A DNA stretch of 64,000 nt, taken from assembly GCA_964016885.1 (NCBI GenBank), contig OZ024740.1, positions 237,150,001 through 237,214,000 on the forward strand. The letters are read 5' to 3'. Shown one piece after another: positions 13,167 to 27,425 of this stretch (position 1 is the stretch's first letter; the number at the start of each line of letters is the position of its first letter). Position numbers and translations under genes: made by a program. Under the pieces are notes generated by a model. That model was not told the origin of the DNA. It made no database searches and worked only from the letters and a program-made list of their open reading frames with translations. The stretch comes from Eledone cirrhosa. Lineage: Eukaryota.

Positions 13167-13490
13167 TATAAAGAAAAAAAGATGAAATCGAAAATGCAAC
13201 TGGAGTCTTATTTAAAAAAAAATATATATATTTATTTGGTTCCTTTATCGGTTTCGCAGTTCTTATGCTTTTCAAAAGTACTGTTGAGATGGAGGGTCTG
13301 GCTTTTCTCCTACTCTTGAAAAGCAGAAGAACTGCGAAACCGGTAAAGGAACCAAATAAATATATATATTTAAAAAAAAAAATAAGACTCCAGTTGCATT
13401 TTCAATTTCATCTTTTTTTCTTTATACTTTCACTCGTGTAGGACACCTCGGTTATTTTTCATTTTGTAAAAAAACCCTCACTTTCTAATA
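13167..13490. mobile_element. Penelope-like inverted terminal structure (arms 13167-13280 and 13311-13426)
   Basis: About 115-bp inverted repeat, each arm with a hammerhead-like core; one arm extended and ending in (TA)n. Confidence 0.6.
13313..13350 (+). ncRNA. Minimal hammerhead ribozyme motif, U3-A8 core variant
   Basis: TTGAAAA-GCAG-AAGAA-CTGC-GAAA-CCGG-TA; palindromic ACCGGT stem III; weak stem I. Confidence 0.55.
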
Positions 13491-13942
13491 TATATATATA
13501 TATAGATATAATGTATAGATATAATGTATATATATAATGTATATATATATATATAATGTATATATATATATAATGTATATATATATATATAATGTATATA
13601 TATATAATGTATATATATATAATGTGTATATATATATATATATATAATGTGTATATATATAATGTGTATATATATAATGTATGTATATATATATATATAT
13701 AATGTATATATATATATATATATATAATGTATATATATATATATATATATAATGTATATATATATATATATATAATGTATATATATATATATATATATAA
13801 TGTATATATATATATATATATAATGTATATATATATATATATATAATGTATATATATATATATATATAATGTATATATATATATATATATAATGTATGTA
13901 TATATATATATAATGTATATATATATATATATATATATAATG

Positions 13943-13980
<38 letters not shown>

Positions 13981-14642
13981 GTATGTATATATATATATAT
14001 ATATAATGTATGTATATATATATATATATATAATGTATGTATATATATATATATATATATAATGTATGTATATATATATATATATATAATGTATGTATAT
14101 ATATATATATATATATAATGTATGTATATATATATATATATATATAATGTATGTATATATATATATATATATAATGTATGTATATATATATATATATATA
14201 ATGTATGTATATATATATATATAATGTATGTATATATATATATATATATAATGTATGTATATATATATATATATATAATGTATGTATATATATATATATA
14301 TATATAATGTATGTATATATATATATATATAATGTATGTATATATATATATGTATATATAATGTATGTATGTATGTATATATATATATGTATGTATATAT
14401 ATATATGTATGTATATATATATATGTATGTATGTATATATATATATATATATATAATGTGTATATATATATAATGTGTATATATATAATGTGTATATATA
14501 TATATATATATGTGTATATATATATGTGTATATATATATATATATATATAATGTGTATATATATATGTGTATATATATATATATATAATGTGTATATATA
14601 TATGTGTGTATATATATATGTGTATATATATATATATATATA

Positions 14643-14675
<33 letters not shown>

Positions 14676-14799
14676 ATGTATATATATATATAATGTGTAT
14701 ATATATATAATGTATATATATATATATAATGTATATATATATAATGTATATATATATATATAATGTATATATATATATATAATGTATATATATATAATG

Positions 14800-14837
<38 letters not shown>

Positions 14838-14840
14838 ATG

Positions 14841-14878
<38 letters not shown>

Positions 14879-15101
14879 ATGTATATATATATATATGTAT
14901 ATGTATGTATATGTATATATATATGTATGTATATGTATATATATATGTATGTATATGTATATATATGTATATGTATATATATATATATGTATGTATATGT
15001 ATATATATATATATGTATGTATATGTATATATATATATATATAATGTATGTATATGTATGTATATGTATATATATATATATATAATGTATGTATATATAT
15101 A

Positions 15102-15133
<32 letters not shown>

Positions 15134-15487
15134 ATGTATGTATATATATATGTATGTATATATATATGTATGTATATGTATATATATATGTATGTATATG
15201 TATATATATGTATGTATATGTATATATATATATGTATGTATATGTATATATATATGTATGTATATGTATATATATATGTATGTATATGTATATATATATG
15301 TGTATATATGTATATATATATATAATGTATGTATATATATATGTATGTATATGTATGTATATGTATATATGTATGTATATGTATGTATATGTATGTATAT
15401 GTATATATGTATGTATATGTATGTATATGTATATATGTATGTATATGTATATATATATGTATGTATATATATATGTATGTATGTATA
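13490..15487. repeat. Compound microsatellite array ATG(TA)n / TATG
   Basis: Seen directly. Confidence 0.97.
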
Positions 15488-15488
15488 T

Positions 15489-16040
15489 GGTCGGGTCGTT
15501 GGCGACTAAACTGGCAACCCCACCAAGGTTTCTTGGTGAGGAGGGTGACTTTGGACATCCTGCAGGACTAAAAACAAAACCTGTCAAAGGGCAAAGGAGC
15601 TCTTAAGAGTCAATGGCCATCCAAAATCACCGGGAGAGATGACCCCTTAGCCTTTGTCAAGGCAGAATTCTAGGAGAAGGAAAACTCTGATATAACACCT
15701 GCAACCCTGATGGTATCCAATGATGTTGACTTGTTCTTCTTTTTGGTAAATATCATCTTGGTTAAGAGAGTGGGACTGGCTTTGTGCAGTGCCTTTGCTC
15801 ACTATAAAAGCTTCACGGCACAGGCATTGCTTTATATCTGGAGATCTCTCTGCACTTGTCGTCACATGGTACCATGGGCCCAGCACTATGTGTCAATAAT
15901 TGTCACAAGTGTAGTGTTTGTACCAGAGTTTTCAAGTCACTGGCTGGACTAAAAAGTCACACTCGTTCAGCGGATCGGTAGGGGTTCTCCTACATGGATA
16001 TAAAGTAGTGGCCGTACTCGAAAACGAGTTGGCAGCCACC
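15489..16040. mobile_element. Unclassified discrete 552-bp interspersed element
   Basis: Second copy with the same boundaries at 62934-63483; both flanked by AT. Confidence 0.8.
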
Positions 16041-16230
16041 ATATATATGTATGTATATATATATGTATGTATATGTATATATATATGTATGTATATATAT
16101 ATGTATGTATATATATATATATATATATGTATGTGTATATATATATATATATGTATGTGTATATATATATATATATGTATGTGTATATATATATATATAT
16201 ATGTATGTGTATATATATATATAATGTATG

Positions 16231-16261
<31 letters not shown>

Positions 16262-16362
16262 ATATATATATATATATAATGTATGTATATATATATGTGT
16301 ATATATATATATAATGTATGTATATATATATATATGTATGTATATGTATATATATATATATG

Positions 16363-16403
<41 letters not shown>

Positions 16404-16475
16404 ATATATATATATATAATGTATGTATATATATATGTATATATATATATGTATATATATATGTATATATATATG

Positions 16476-16507
<32 letters not shown>

Positions 16508-16567
16508 TATATAATGTATGTATATATATATATATATAATGTATGTATATATATATATATATGTATG

Positions 16568-16602
<35 letters not shown>

Positions 16603-16675
16603 GTGTATATATATATATATGTGTATATATATATATATGTGTATATATATATATATGTATATATGTATATATATG

Positions 16676-16822
<147 letters not shown>

Positions 16823-16833
16823 GTATATATATG

Positions 16834-16952
<119 letters not shown>

Positions 16953-16973
16953 GTATATATATATATGTATATG

Positions 16974-17018
<45 letters not shown>

Positions 17019-17349
17019 GTATATATATATATGTATATATATATATGTATATATATATATGTATATATATATATGTATATATATATATGTATATATATAT
17101 ATGTATATATATATATGTATATATATATATGTATATATATATATGTATATATATATATGTATATATATATATGTATATATATGTATATATATATGTATAT
17201 ATATGTATATATATATATGTATATATATATATGTATATATATATATGTATATATATGTATATATATATATGTATATATATATATGTATATATATATATGT
17301 ATATATATATTTGTATATATATATTTGTATATGTATATATGTATATATG

Positions 17350-17399
<50 letters not shown>

Positions 17400-17431
17400 T
17401 ATGTATATGTATATATGTATATATATATATG

Positions 17432-17483
<52 letters not shown>

Positions 17484-17543
17484 TATGTATATGTATATAT
17501 GTATATATATATATGTATATATATATATGTATATATATATATG

Positions 17544-17590
<47 letters not shown>

Positions 17591-17591
17591 G

Positions 17592-17622
<31 letters not shown>

Positions 17623-17681
17623 GTATATATATATATGTATATGTATATGTGTATATGTATATGTATATATGTATATATATG

Positions 17682-17728
<47 letters not shown>

Positions 17729-17841
17729 GTATATGTATATATATGTATATGTATATATATGTATATGTATATATATGTATATGTATATATATATATATGT
17801 ATATGTATATATGTATATATATATATGTATATGTATATATG

Positions 17842-17904
<63 letters not shown>

Positions 17905-18136
17905 GTATATATATGTATATATATATATGTATATATATATATATGTATATATATATATGTATATATATATATATGTATATGTATATATGTATATGTATGT
18001 ATATGTATATATATGTATATGTATATATGTGTATATGTATATATGTATATATATATATATGTATATGTATATATGTATATGTATATATGTATATGTATAT
18101 ATATATATAATGTATATATGTATATATGTATATATG

Positions 18137-18199
<63 letters not shown>

Positions 18200-18268
18200 G
18201 TATATATATGTATATATATATATATGTATATATATATATGTATATATATATATATGTATATATATATG

Positions 18269-18299
<31 letters not shown>

Positions 18300-18352
18300 G
18301 TATATATATATGTATATATATATATATGTATATATATGTATGTATATATATG

Positions 18353-18399
<47 letters not shown>

Positions 18400-18522
18400 G
18401 TATGTATATATATATATGTATATATGTATATGTATATATATATATATGTATATATATATGTGTATATATATATGTATATATATATATGTATATATATATG
18501 TATATATATGTATATATATATG

Positions 18523-18577
<55 letters not shown>

Positions 18578-19099
18578 TATATTTATATATATATATGTAT
18601 ATATATATGTATATATATATATATGTATATGTATATATGTATAATATGTATATATATATATGATACATTATATATATATATATATACATACATACATATA
18701 TATATATATGTATATGTATATATGTATATACTGTACTATATATATATAATCTATGTATATATCATATGTATACTATATATGTTGGCATCGCCTTCAAGAT
18801 ACACCCAAGGCTTGGGCCCCGTGCTATCCGTCCCATATATATACATACATTATATATAGTATTATATATATATATATAATGTATGTTTATATATATATTA
18901 TATGTATGTTCGTAGATAATAGATATATAATGTATGTAGATATATATATATAAGATATAATGTGTATGTATATATAGTTGATATATATGTATGTATATAA
19001 TAGTATATAATGTATGTATATATATATATATATGATAATGTATGTATATATATATATATTATATAATGTATGGTTGATTGATATATGTATAGACTATAT

Positions 19100-19199
19100 A
19101 TGTTGGCATCGCCTGCAAGATACACCCAAGGCTTGGGCCCCGTGCTATCCGTCCCATTCAAAAATCTAAATCGCAACTCATAACAACATACGGCACAAT
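19100..19199 (+). mobile_element. Short CR1-group fragment (shorter copy at 18779-18836)
   Basis: Near-identical to about 58919-59019. Confidence 0.75.
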
Positions 19200-19200
19200 G

Positions 19201-19400
19201 NNNNNNNNNNNNNNNNNNNNNNNNNNNNNNNNNNNNNNNNNNNNNNNNNNNNNNNNNNNNNNNNNNNNNNNNNNNNNNNNNNNNNNNNNNNNNNNNNNNN
19301 NNNNNNNNNNNNNNNNNNNNNNNNNNNNNNNNNNNNNNNNNNNNNNNNNNNNNNNNNNNNNNNNNNNNNNNNNNNNNNNNNNNNNNNNNNNNNNNNNNNN
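19201..19400. other. Assembly gap (200 N)
   Basis: Run of n. Confidence 1.
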
Positions 19401-22400
19401 ATAATGTATGTATATATTTATATAATGTATGTATATATATATATATATATAATGTATGTATATATATATATATATATATAATGTATGTATATATATATAT
19501 ATATAATGTATGTATATATATATATATATAATGTATGTATATATATATATATATAATGTATGTATATATATATATATAACGTATGTATATATATATATAA
19601 CGTATGTATATATATATATATATATATAATGTATGTATATATATATATATATAATGTATGTATATATATATATATATATAATGTATGTATATATATATAT
19701 AATGTATGTATATATATATATATATAACGTATGTATATATATATATATATATATAATGTATGTATATATATATATATATAATGTATGTATATATATATAT
19801 ATATAATGTATGTATATATATATATATAATGTATGTATATATATATATAATGTATGTATATATATATATATATATAATGTATATATATATATATATATAA
19901 TGTATATATATATATATAATGTATGTATGTATATATATATATATAATGTATGTATGTATATATATATATATAATGTATGTATATATATATATATATAATG
20001 TATGTATATATATATATATATATAATGTATGTATATATATATATATATAATGTATGTGTATATATATATATATAATGTATATATATATATATATAATGTA
20101 TGTATATATATATATATAATGTATGTATATATATATAATGTATGTATATATATATAATGTATGTATATATATATATATAATGTATGTATATATATATATA
20201 TATAATGTATGTATATATATATATATATATATAATGTATGTATATATATATATATATATAATGTATGTATATATATATATATATAATGTATGTATATATA
20301 TATATATATAATGTATATATATATATATATATAATGTATGTATGTATATATATATATATATAATGTATGTATATATATATATATATAATGTATGTATATA
20401 TATATATATATAATGTATGTATATATATATATATAATGTATGTATATATATATATATATAATGTATGTATATATATATATATATAATGTATGTATATATA
20501 TATATATATAATGTATGTATATATATATATATATAATGTATGTATATATATATATATAAGGTATGTATATATATATATATATAATGTATGTATATATATA
20601 TATATATATATAATGTATATATATATATATATATATAATGTATATATATATATAATGTGTATATATATATATATATAATGTATATGTATGTATATGTATA
20701 TATATATGTGTATATGTATATATATATGTGTATATATATAATGTATATATGTATATATATATATAATGTATATATGTATATATATATAATGTGTATATAT
20801 ATATACTGTATATATGTATATATATATGTATATATATATAATGTGTATATATATATAATGTATATATATATAATGTGTATATATGTATATATATATATAA
20901 TGTATATATATATATATATATATATATAATGAATGTATATATAATGAATGTATATATATATATATATATATATAATGAATGTATATATATATATATATAA
21001 TGAATGTATATATATATATATATAATGTATGTATATATATATATATATATATATATAATGAATGTATATATATATATATATATAATGAATGTATATATAT
21101 ATATATATATAATGTATGTATATATATATATATAATGTATATATATATATATATATAATGTATATATATATATATATAATGTATATATATATATATATAT
21201 AATGTATATATATATATATAATGTATATATATATAATGTATATATATATATAATGTATATATATATATATAATGTATATATATATATATAATGTGTATAT
21301 ATATATATATATATATATAATGTATGTATATATATATATATAATGTATGTATATATATATATATAATGTATATATATATATATATATAATGTATATATAT
21401 ATATATATATAATGTATATATATATATATATATAATGTATATATATATATATATATAATGTATATATATATAATGTATATATATATATAATGTATATATA
21501 TATATATAATGTATATATATATATATAATGTATATATATATATAATGTATATATATATAATGTATATATATATATATATAATATATATATATATATAATG
21601 TATATATAATGTATATAGATATATATATAATGTATATATATATATATATATATAATGTATATATAATGTATATAGATATATATATATATAATGTGTATAT
21701 ATATATATATAATGTGTATATATATATATATATATAATGTGTATATATATATATATATATATAATGTGTATATATATATATAATGTATATATATATATAT
21801 ATATAATGTATATATAATGTATATAGATATATATATATGTGTATATATATATATATATAATGTGTATATATATATATAATGTATATATATATATATATAA
21901 TGTATATATATATATAATGTATATATATATAATGTATATATATATATATATATAATGTATACATATGTATATATATATATATAATGTGTATATATAATGT
22001 ATATGTATATATATATATATAATGTGTATATATAATGTATATATATATATATATATATAATGTATACATATGTATATATATATATATATAATGTGTATAT
22101 ATAATGTATATATATATAATGTGTATATATAATGTATATATATATAATGTATATATATAATGTATATATATATATATAATGTATATATATAATGTATATA
22201 TATATATATAATGTATATATATAATGTATATATATAATGTATATATATATATATAATGTATATATATAATGTATATATATATATATAATGTATATATATA
22301 ATGTATATATATATATATAATGTATATATATAATGTATATATATATATATAATGTATATATATAATGTATATATATATATATAATGTATATATATAATGT

Positions 22401-22676
22401 ATATATATATATATAATGTATATATATATAATGTATATATATATAATGTATATATATATATATAATGTATATATATATAATGTATATATATATAATGTAT
22501 ATATATATATATAATGTATATATATATAATGTATATATATATAATGTATATATATATATATAATGTATATATATAATGTATGTATATATATAATGTATAT
22601 ATATAATGTATATATATATATAATGTATATATATATATATAATGTATATATATATATATATATAATGTATATATAT

Positions 22677-22708
<32 letters not shown>

Positions 22709-22849
22709 ATGTATATATATATATAATGTATATATATATATAATGTATATATATATATATAATGTATATATATATATATAATGTATATATATATATATAA
22801 TGTATGTATATATATATATATAATGTATATATATATATATAATGTATAT

Positions 22850-22882
<33 letters not shown>

Positions 22883-22952
22883 TGTATATATATATATATA
22901 TATTGTATATTGTATATATATATATATATTGTATATATATATATTGTATATA

Positions 22953-23470
22953 TCATCATCATCATCAACGTTTAACGTCCGTGTTCCACGCTTGCATGGG
23001 TTTGGACGGGGGTAGTCCCACTTGAGGCAAGAGTGATTGTCTTGCTCGCATAGGACTGTCTGGCAGGTTTTCTACAGTTGGATGCCCTTCCTAACACCAA
23101 CCACATTTACAGTGTGGGTCTGGGAGGTTTTTACCATGTTGCCTACACGGCCACATTACAGCGTGGACTGTGTGTTTTTTTGTCGTGACACCTACACGAT
23201 CTCATTTGTTTCGGCCTGGATGGTGTGGCACCAACACAACTTTACATAGAACGGGGTGGCGTGGATGGGTTGGGGGTGGTGGGACGGGGGGGGGGGGGTA
23301 TTTTGTTAGAGATGCCTACTGGCTGTAGTAGGTTTTACTATGTATTTAGGTAAGGCGGGTCTTCTCTGTTACTGAGTACCGCCAAAGGTCTCGGTCCAGT
23401 GACATTGTCTTGGAGAGGTGTAAGTGTGTGAGGTCGGAGTTTATCAGCTCGTCCCAGGTTTTTCTAGGTC
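22953..23470 (-). mobile_element. RTE subfamily A 3' fragment with (GAT)n tail
   Basis: Reverse complement of the 3' end of the element at 53507-57340. Confidence 0.9.
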
Positions 23471-23597
23471 TGTATAATGTATATACATATATATAATGTC
23501 TGTATAATGTATATATATATATAATGTATATATATATATAATGTATATATATATATATAATGTATATATATATATATATAATGTATATATATATATA

Positions 23598-24436
23598 TCA
23601 TCATCATCATCATCACCGTTTTACGTCCGTTCTTCCACACTAGCATGGGTTAGACGGGTTGTCCTGTTGTGGGCAGTGTCTGGTCGGCTGACCATGCCTT
23701 GCTCATACAGGAACTGATCTGGCTTGATTTCTACAGCTGGATGCCCTTCCTAACACCAACCTCATTTACAGTGAGTGCTGGGTGCTTTTTCGTGGCGCCT
23801 ACACGTCCACTTTACAGTGTGGGCTGGGTGCTTTTTTGCCGTGGCACCTCCACGACCACTTTGCGGTGGGTGGGGGGGGGGGCATATTGTTTATATGCTT
23901 CAGCATGTACCCATGGGAGGTCGGGTACCCTGTATTACTGCGTGACGCCAGAAGTCACGGTCGTGTGTCATTGACTTTGAGAGGTGTAGTTGGGTAAGGT
24001 CGGCTTTTATCACCTCATCCCAAGTCATCTTGGGTCTCCCCACTCCGCGGTTTCCATCAACTTCTAGTGCTCTGCACCTTTTTATGCAGCTGTCATCCTT
24101 CATACGCATCACATGTCCATACCAGCGTAACCGCCTCTCCTGCACGCAGCATTTGATTCCTCTTATGCTCAGTCTCTCTCTCAATTCCTTTATGCTTTGT
24201 CGTTCACGTATATTACTGTTACACATCCATCGGAGCATGCAGGCTTCGTTTCTCTCTAATCTACGTAAGTCTTCCACCTTCAGCGCCCAGGTCTCACTAC
24301 CATGCAACATTGCTGTTCGGATACACGCATCATACAGTCTGCCTTTCATTCTGAGGGAGAAGCCTTTTGCAGCTAGCAGTGGTAGTAGTTCCCTAAACTT
24401 CTTCCATCCCGTTCTTACCCTAGTTATTGTACTTAT
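23598..24436 (-). mobile_element. RTE subfamily B 3' fragment with (GAT)n tail
   Basis: ORF 23900-24349 ([26 protein letters not shown]); 3'UTR differs from subfamily A. Confidence 0.92.
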
Positions 24437-24570
24437 ATATATATATATAATGTATATATATATATATAATGTATATATATATATATAATGTATATATATA
24501 TATATAATGTATATATATATACCCTAGTTATTGTACTTATATATATATATATATAATGTATATATATATA

Positions 24571-24627
<57 letters not shown>

Positions 24628-24714
24628 GTGTATATATATATATATATATATAATGTGTATATATATATATATATATAATGTATATATATATGTGTATATA
24701 TATATATATATATA

Positions 24715-24745
<31 letters not shown>

Positions 24746-24931
24746 ATGTATATATATATATATATATAATGTATATATATATAATGTATATATATATATA
24801 TATATATATATAATGTATATATATATATATATAATGTATATATATATATATATATAATGTGTATATATATATATATATATATATAATGTATATATATATA
24901 ATGTATGTATATATATATATATATATATATA

Positions 24932-24962
<31 letters not shown>

Positions 24963-25306
24963 ATGTAAATATGGTTGGTGTTAGGAAGGGCATCCAGCTG
25001 TAGAAAACCCGCCAGACAGTCCACGCTGTAATGTGGCTGTGTAGGCAACACGGTAAAAAGCTCCCAGCCCCACACTGTAAATGTGGTTGGTGTTAGGAAG
25101 GGCATCCAACTGTAGAAAGCCCGCCAGACAGTCCTATGCGAGCAAGGCAATCACTCTTGCCTCAAGTGGGAAAACCCCCGTCCAAACCCATGCAAGCGTG
25201 GAACACGGACGTTAAACGATGATGATGATATATAATGTGTATAATTATATATAATGTGTGTATATATATATAATGTGTATATATATATATAATGTGTATA
25301 TATATA

Positions 25307-25370
<64 letters not shown>

Positions 25371-25458
25371 GTATATATATATATGTATAATGTATATATA
25401 TATGTATAATGTATATATATATATATATATGTATAATGTGTATATATATATATGTATA

Positions 25459-25494
<36 letters not shown>

Positions 25495-25525
25495 AATGTG
25501 TATATATATATATATATATGTATAA

Positions 25526-25556
<31 letters not shown>

Positions 25557-25593
25557 GTATAATGTGTGTGTATATATATATATATATATATAA

Positions 25594-25636
<43 letters not shown>

Positions 25637-25766
25637 ATATATATATATATATGTATGTGTATATATATATATATGTATAATGTGTATATATATATATATA
25701 TATATGTATAATGTGTATATGTATAATGTGTATATGTATATGTATGTGTATATATATATATGTATA

Positions 25767-25802
<36 letters not shown>

Positions 25803-26006
25803 AATGTGTATATATATATATATGTATAATGTGTATATATATATATATGTATAATGTGTATATATATATATATGTATAATGTTTATATATATATAATGTA
25901 TAATCTTTATATATATATATATATATATAATGTGTATATATATATATATATATAATGTGTATATATATATATATATAATGTGTATATATATATATATATA
26001 TATATA

Positions 26007-26049
<43 letters not shown>

Positions 26050-26133
26050 TATATTATATTATATTTAGAGTTATAAACTCAAACAGTCCTTTACAATTAA
26101 TCAGCTCAAAGAAAGAAGCATTTCTGAGCCGTG

Positions 26134-26183
<50 letters not shown>
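24437..26183. repeat. ATG(TA)n arrays flanking an RTE tail
   Basis: Seen directly. Confidence 0.9.
24964..25229 (+). mobile_element. RTE subfamily A 3'UTR with tandem-duplicated module
   Basis: Two GTTAGGAAGGGCATCCA modules, ends AAACGATGATGATGAT. Confidence 0.85.
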
Positions 26184-27252
26184 AGATGTAGTGGGATCAC
26201 AGGTAAGCTAACTAAGAACATAGATTTTACATGTGGCTGGTGCTCTGGTGCAATAAGTAGCAGCAAGTGCCCACAAAATACTAGCTCATTCAACTGGACA
26301 GAGGGTTCTATAGAAATAGTGGACAGCTTCCGTTACCTGGGTGACAAAATCAGCAGTGGGGGAGGGTGCTCTGAAAGTACAGTAGCTAGAGTCAGAACTG
26401 GATGGAAAAAGTTCAGAGAGCTTATACCACTATTAGCCGCTAAAGGGTTCTCCCTAAAAATGAAAGGCAGGTTGTATGATGCCTGCATACGAACAGCAAT
26501 GTTGCATGGCAGTGAGACCTGGGCATTGTGTGCAGAGGATATACGCAGACTAGAGAGGAACGAAGCTTGCATGCTCCGCTGGATGTGTAATAGTAATTTA
26601 CGTGAACGGCAAAGCATAAACGAACTAAGGAAAAAATTAGAAATAAGAGGGATCAGATGTTGTTTACTCGAGAGAAGGCTACGTTGGTATGGTCACGTGA
26701 TGCGCATGAAAGACGATAGCTGTATAACAAAGTGCAGGGCAATAAAGATAGACGGTAGCCACGGAATAGGCAGACCCAGAAAAACCTGGGACGAGCTGAT
26801 AAATTCCGACCTCTCACACTTACACCTCTCCAAGACAATGTCACTGGACCGAGACCTTTGGCGGTACTCAGTAATAGAGAAGACCCGCCTTACCTAAATA
26901 CAAAGTAAAACCTACTCCAGCCAGTAGGCATCTCTAACAAAATACACCGCCCCTTTCAATGTAAAGTTATGTTGGTGCCACAACATCCAGGCCGAAACAA
27001 ATGAGATCGTGTAGGTGTCACGACAAAAAAACACACAGTCTACACTGTAATGTGGCCATGTAGGCAACACGGTAAAAACCTCCCAGCCCCACACTGTAAA
27101 TGTGGTTGGTGTTAGGAAGGGCATCCAGCTGTAGAAAACCCGCCAGATAGTCCTATGCGAGCAAGATAACCACTCTTGCCTCAAGTGGGAAAACCCCCGT
27201 CCAAACCCATGCAAGCGTGGAACACGGACGTTAAACGATGATGATGATGATG
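26184..27252 (+). mobile_element. RTE subfamily A, 5'-truncated 1.07-kb copy
   Basis: RCSGITGKL to EKTRLT open frame plus 3'UTR and (GAT)n tail. Confidence 0.93.
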
Positions 27253-27393
27253 TATATATATATATATATATAATGTATATATATATTATATTATATTTAG
27301 AGTTATAAACTCAAACAGTCCTTTACAATTAATTAGCTCAAAGAAAGAAGCATTTCTGAGCTGTGAAATACATATATATATATATATATAATG

Positions 27394-27420
<27 letters not shown>

Positions 27421-27425
<5 letters not shown>

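Noticed and set aside
19401-22952. Telomerase-like synthesis of this array by the adjacent RTE tail
   Set aside because: The array has ATG on top while the adjacent tail is (CAT)n, the wrong polarity
23037-23249. Recurrent [16 protein letters not shown] ORFs as a peptide gene family
   Set aside because: Antisense translations of the RTE/SINE 3'UTR
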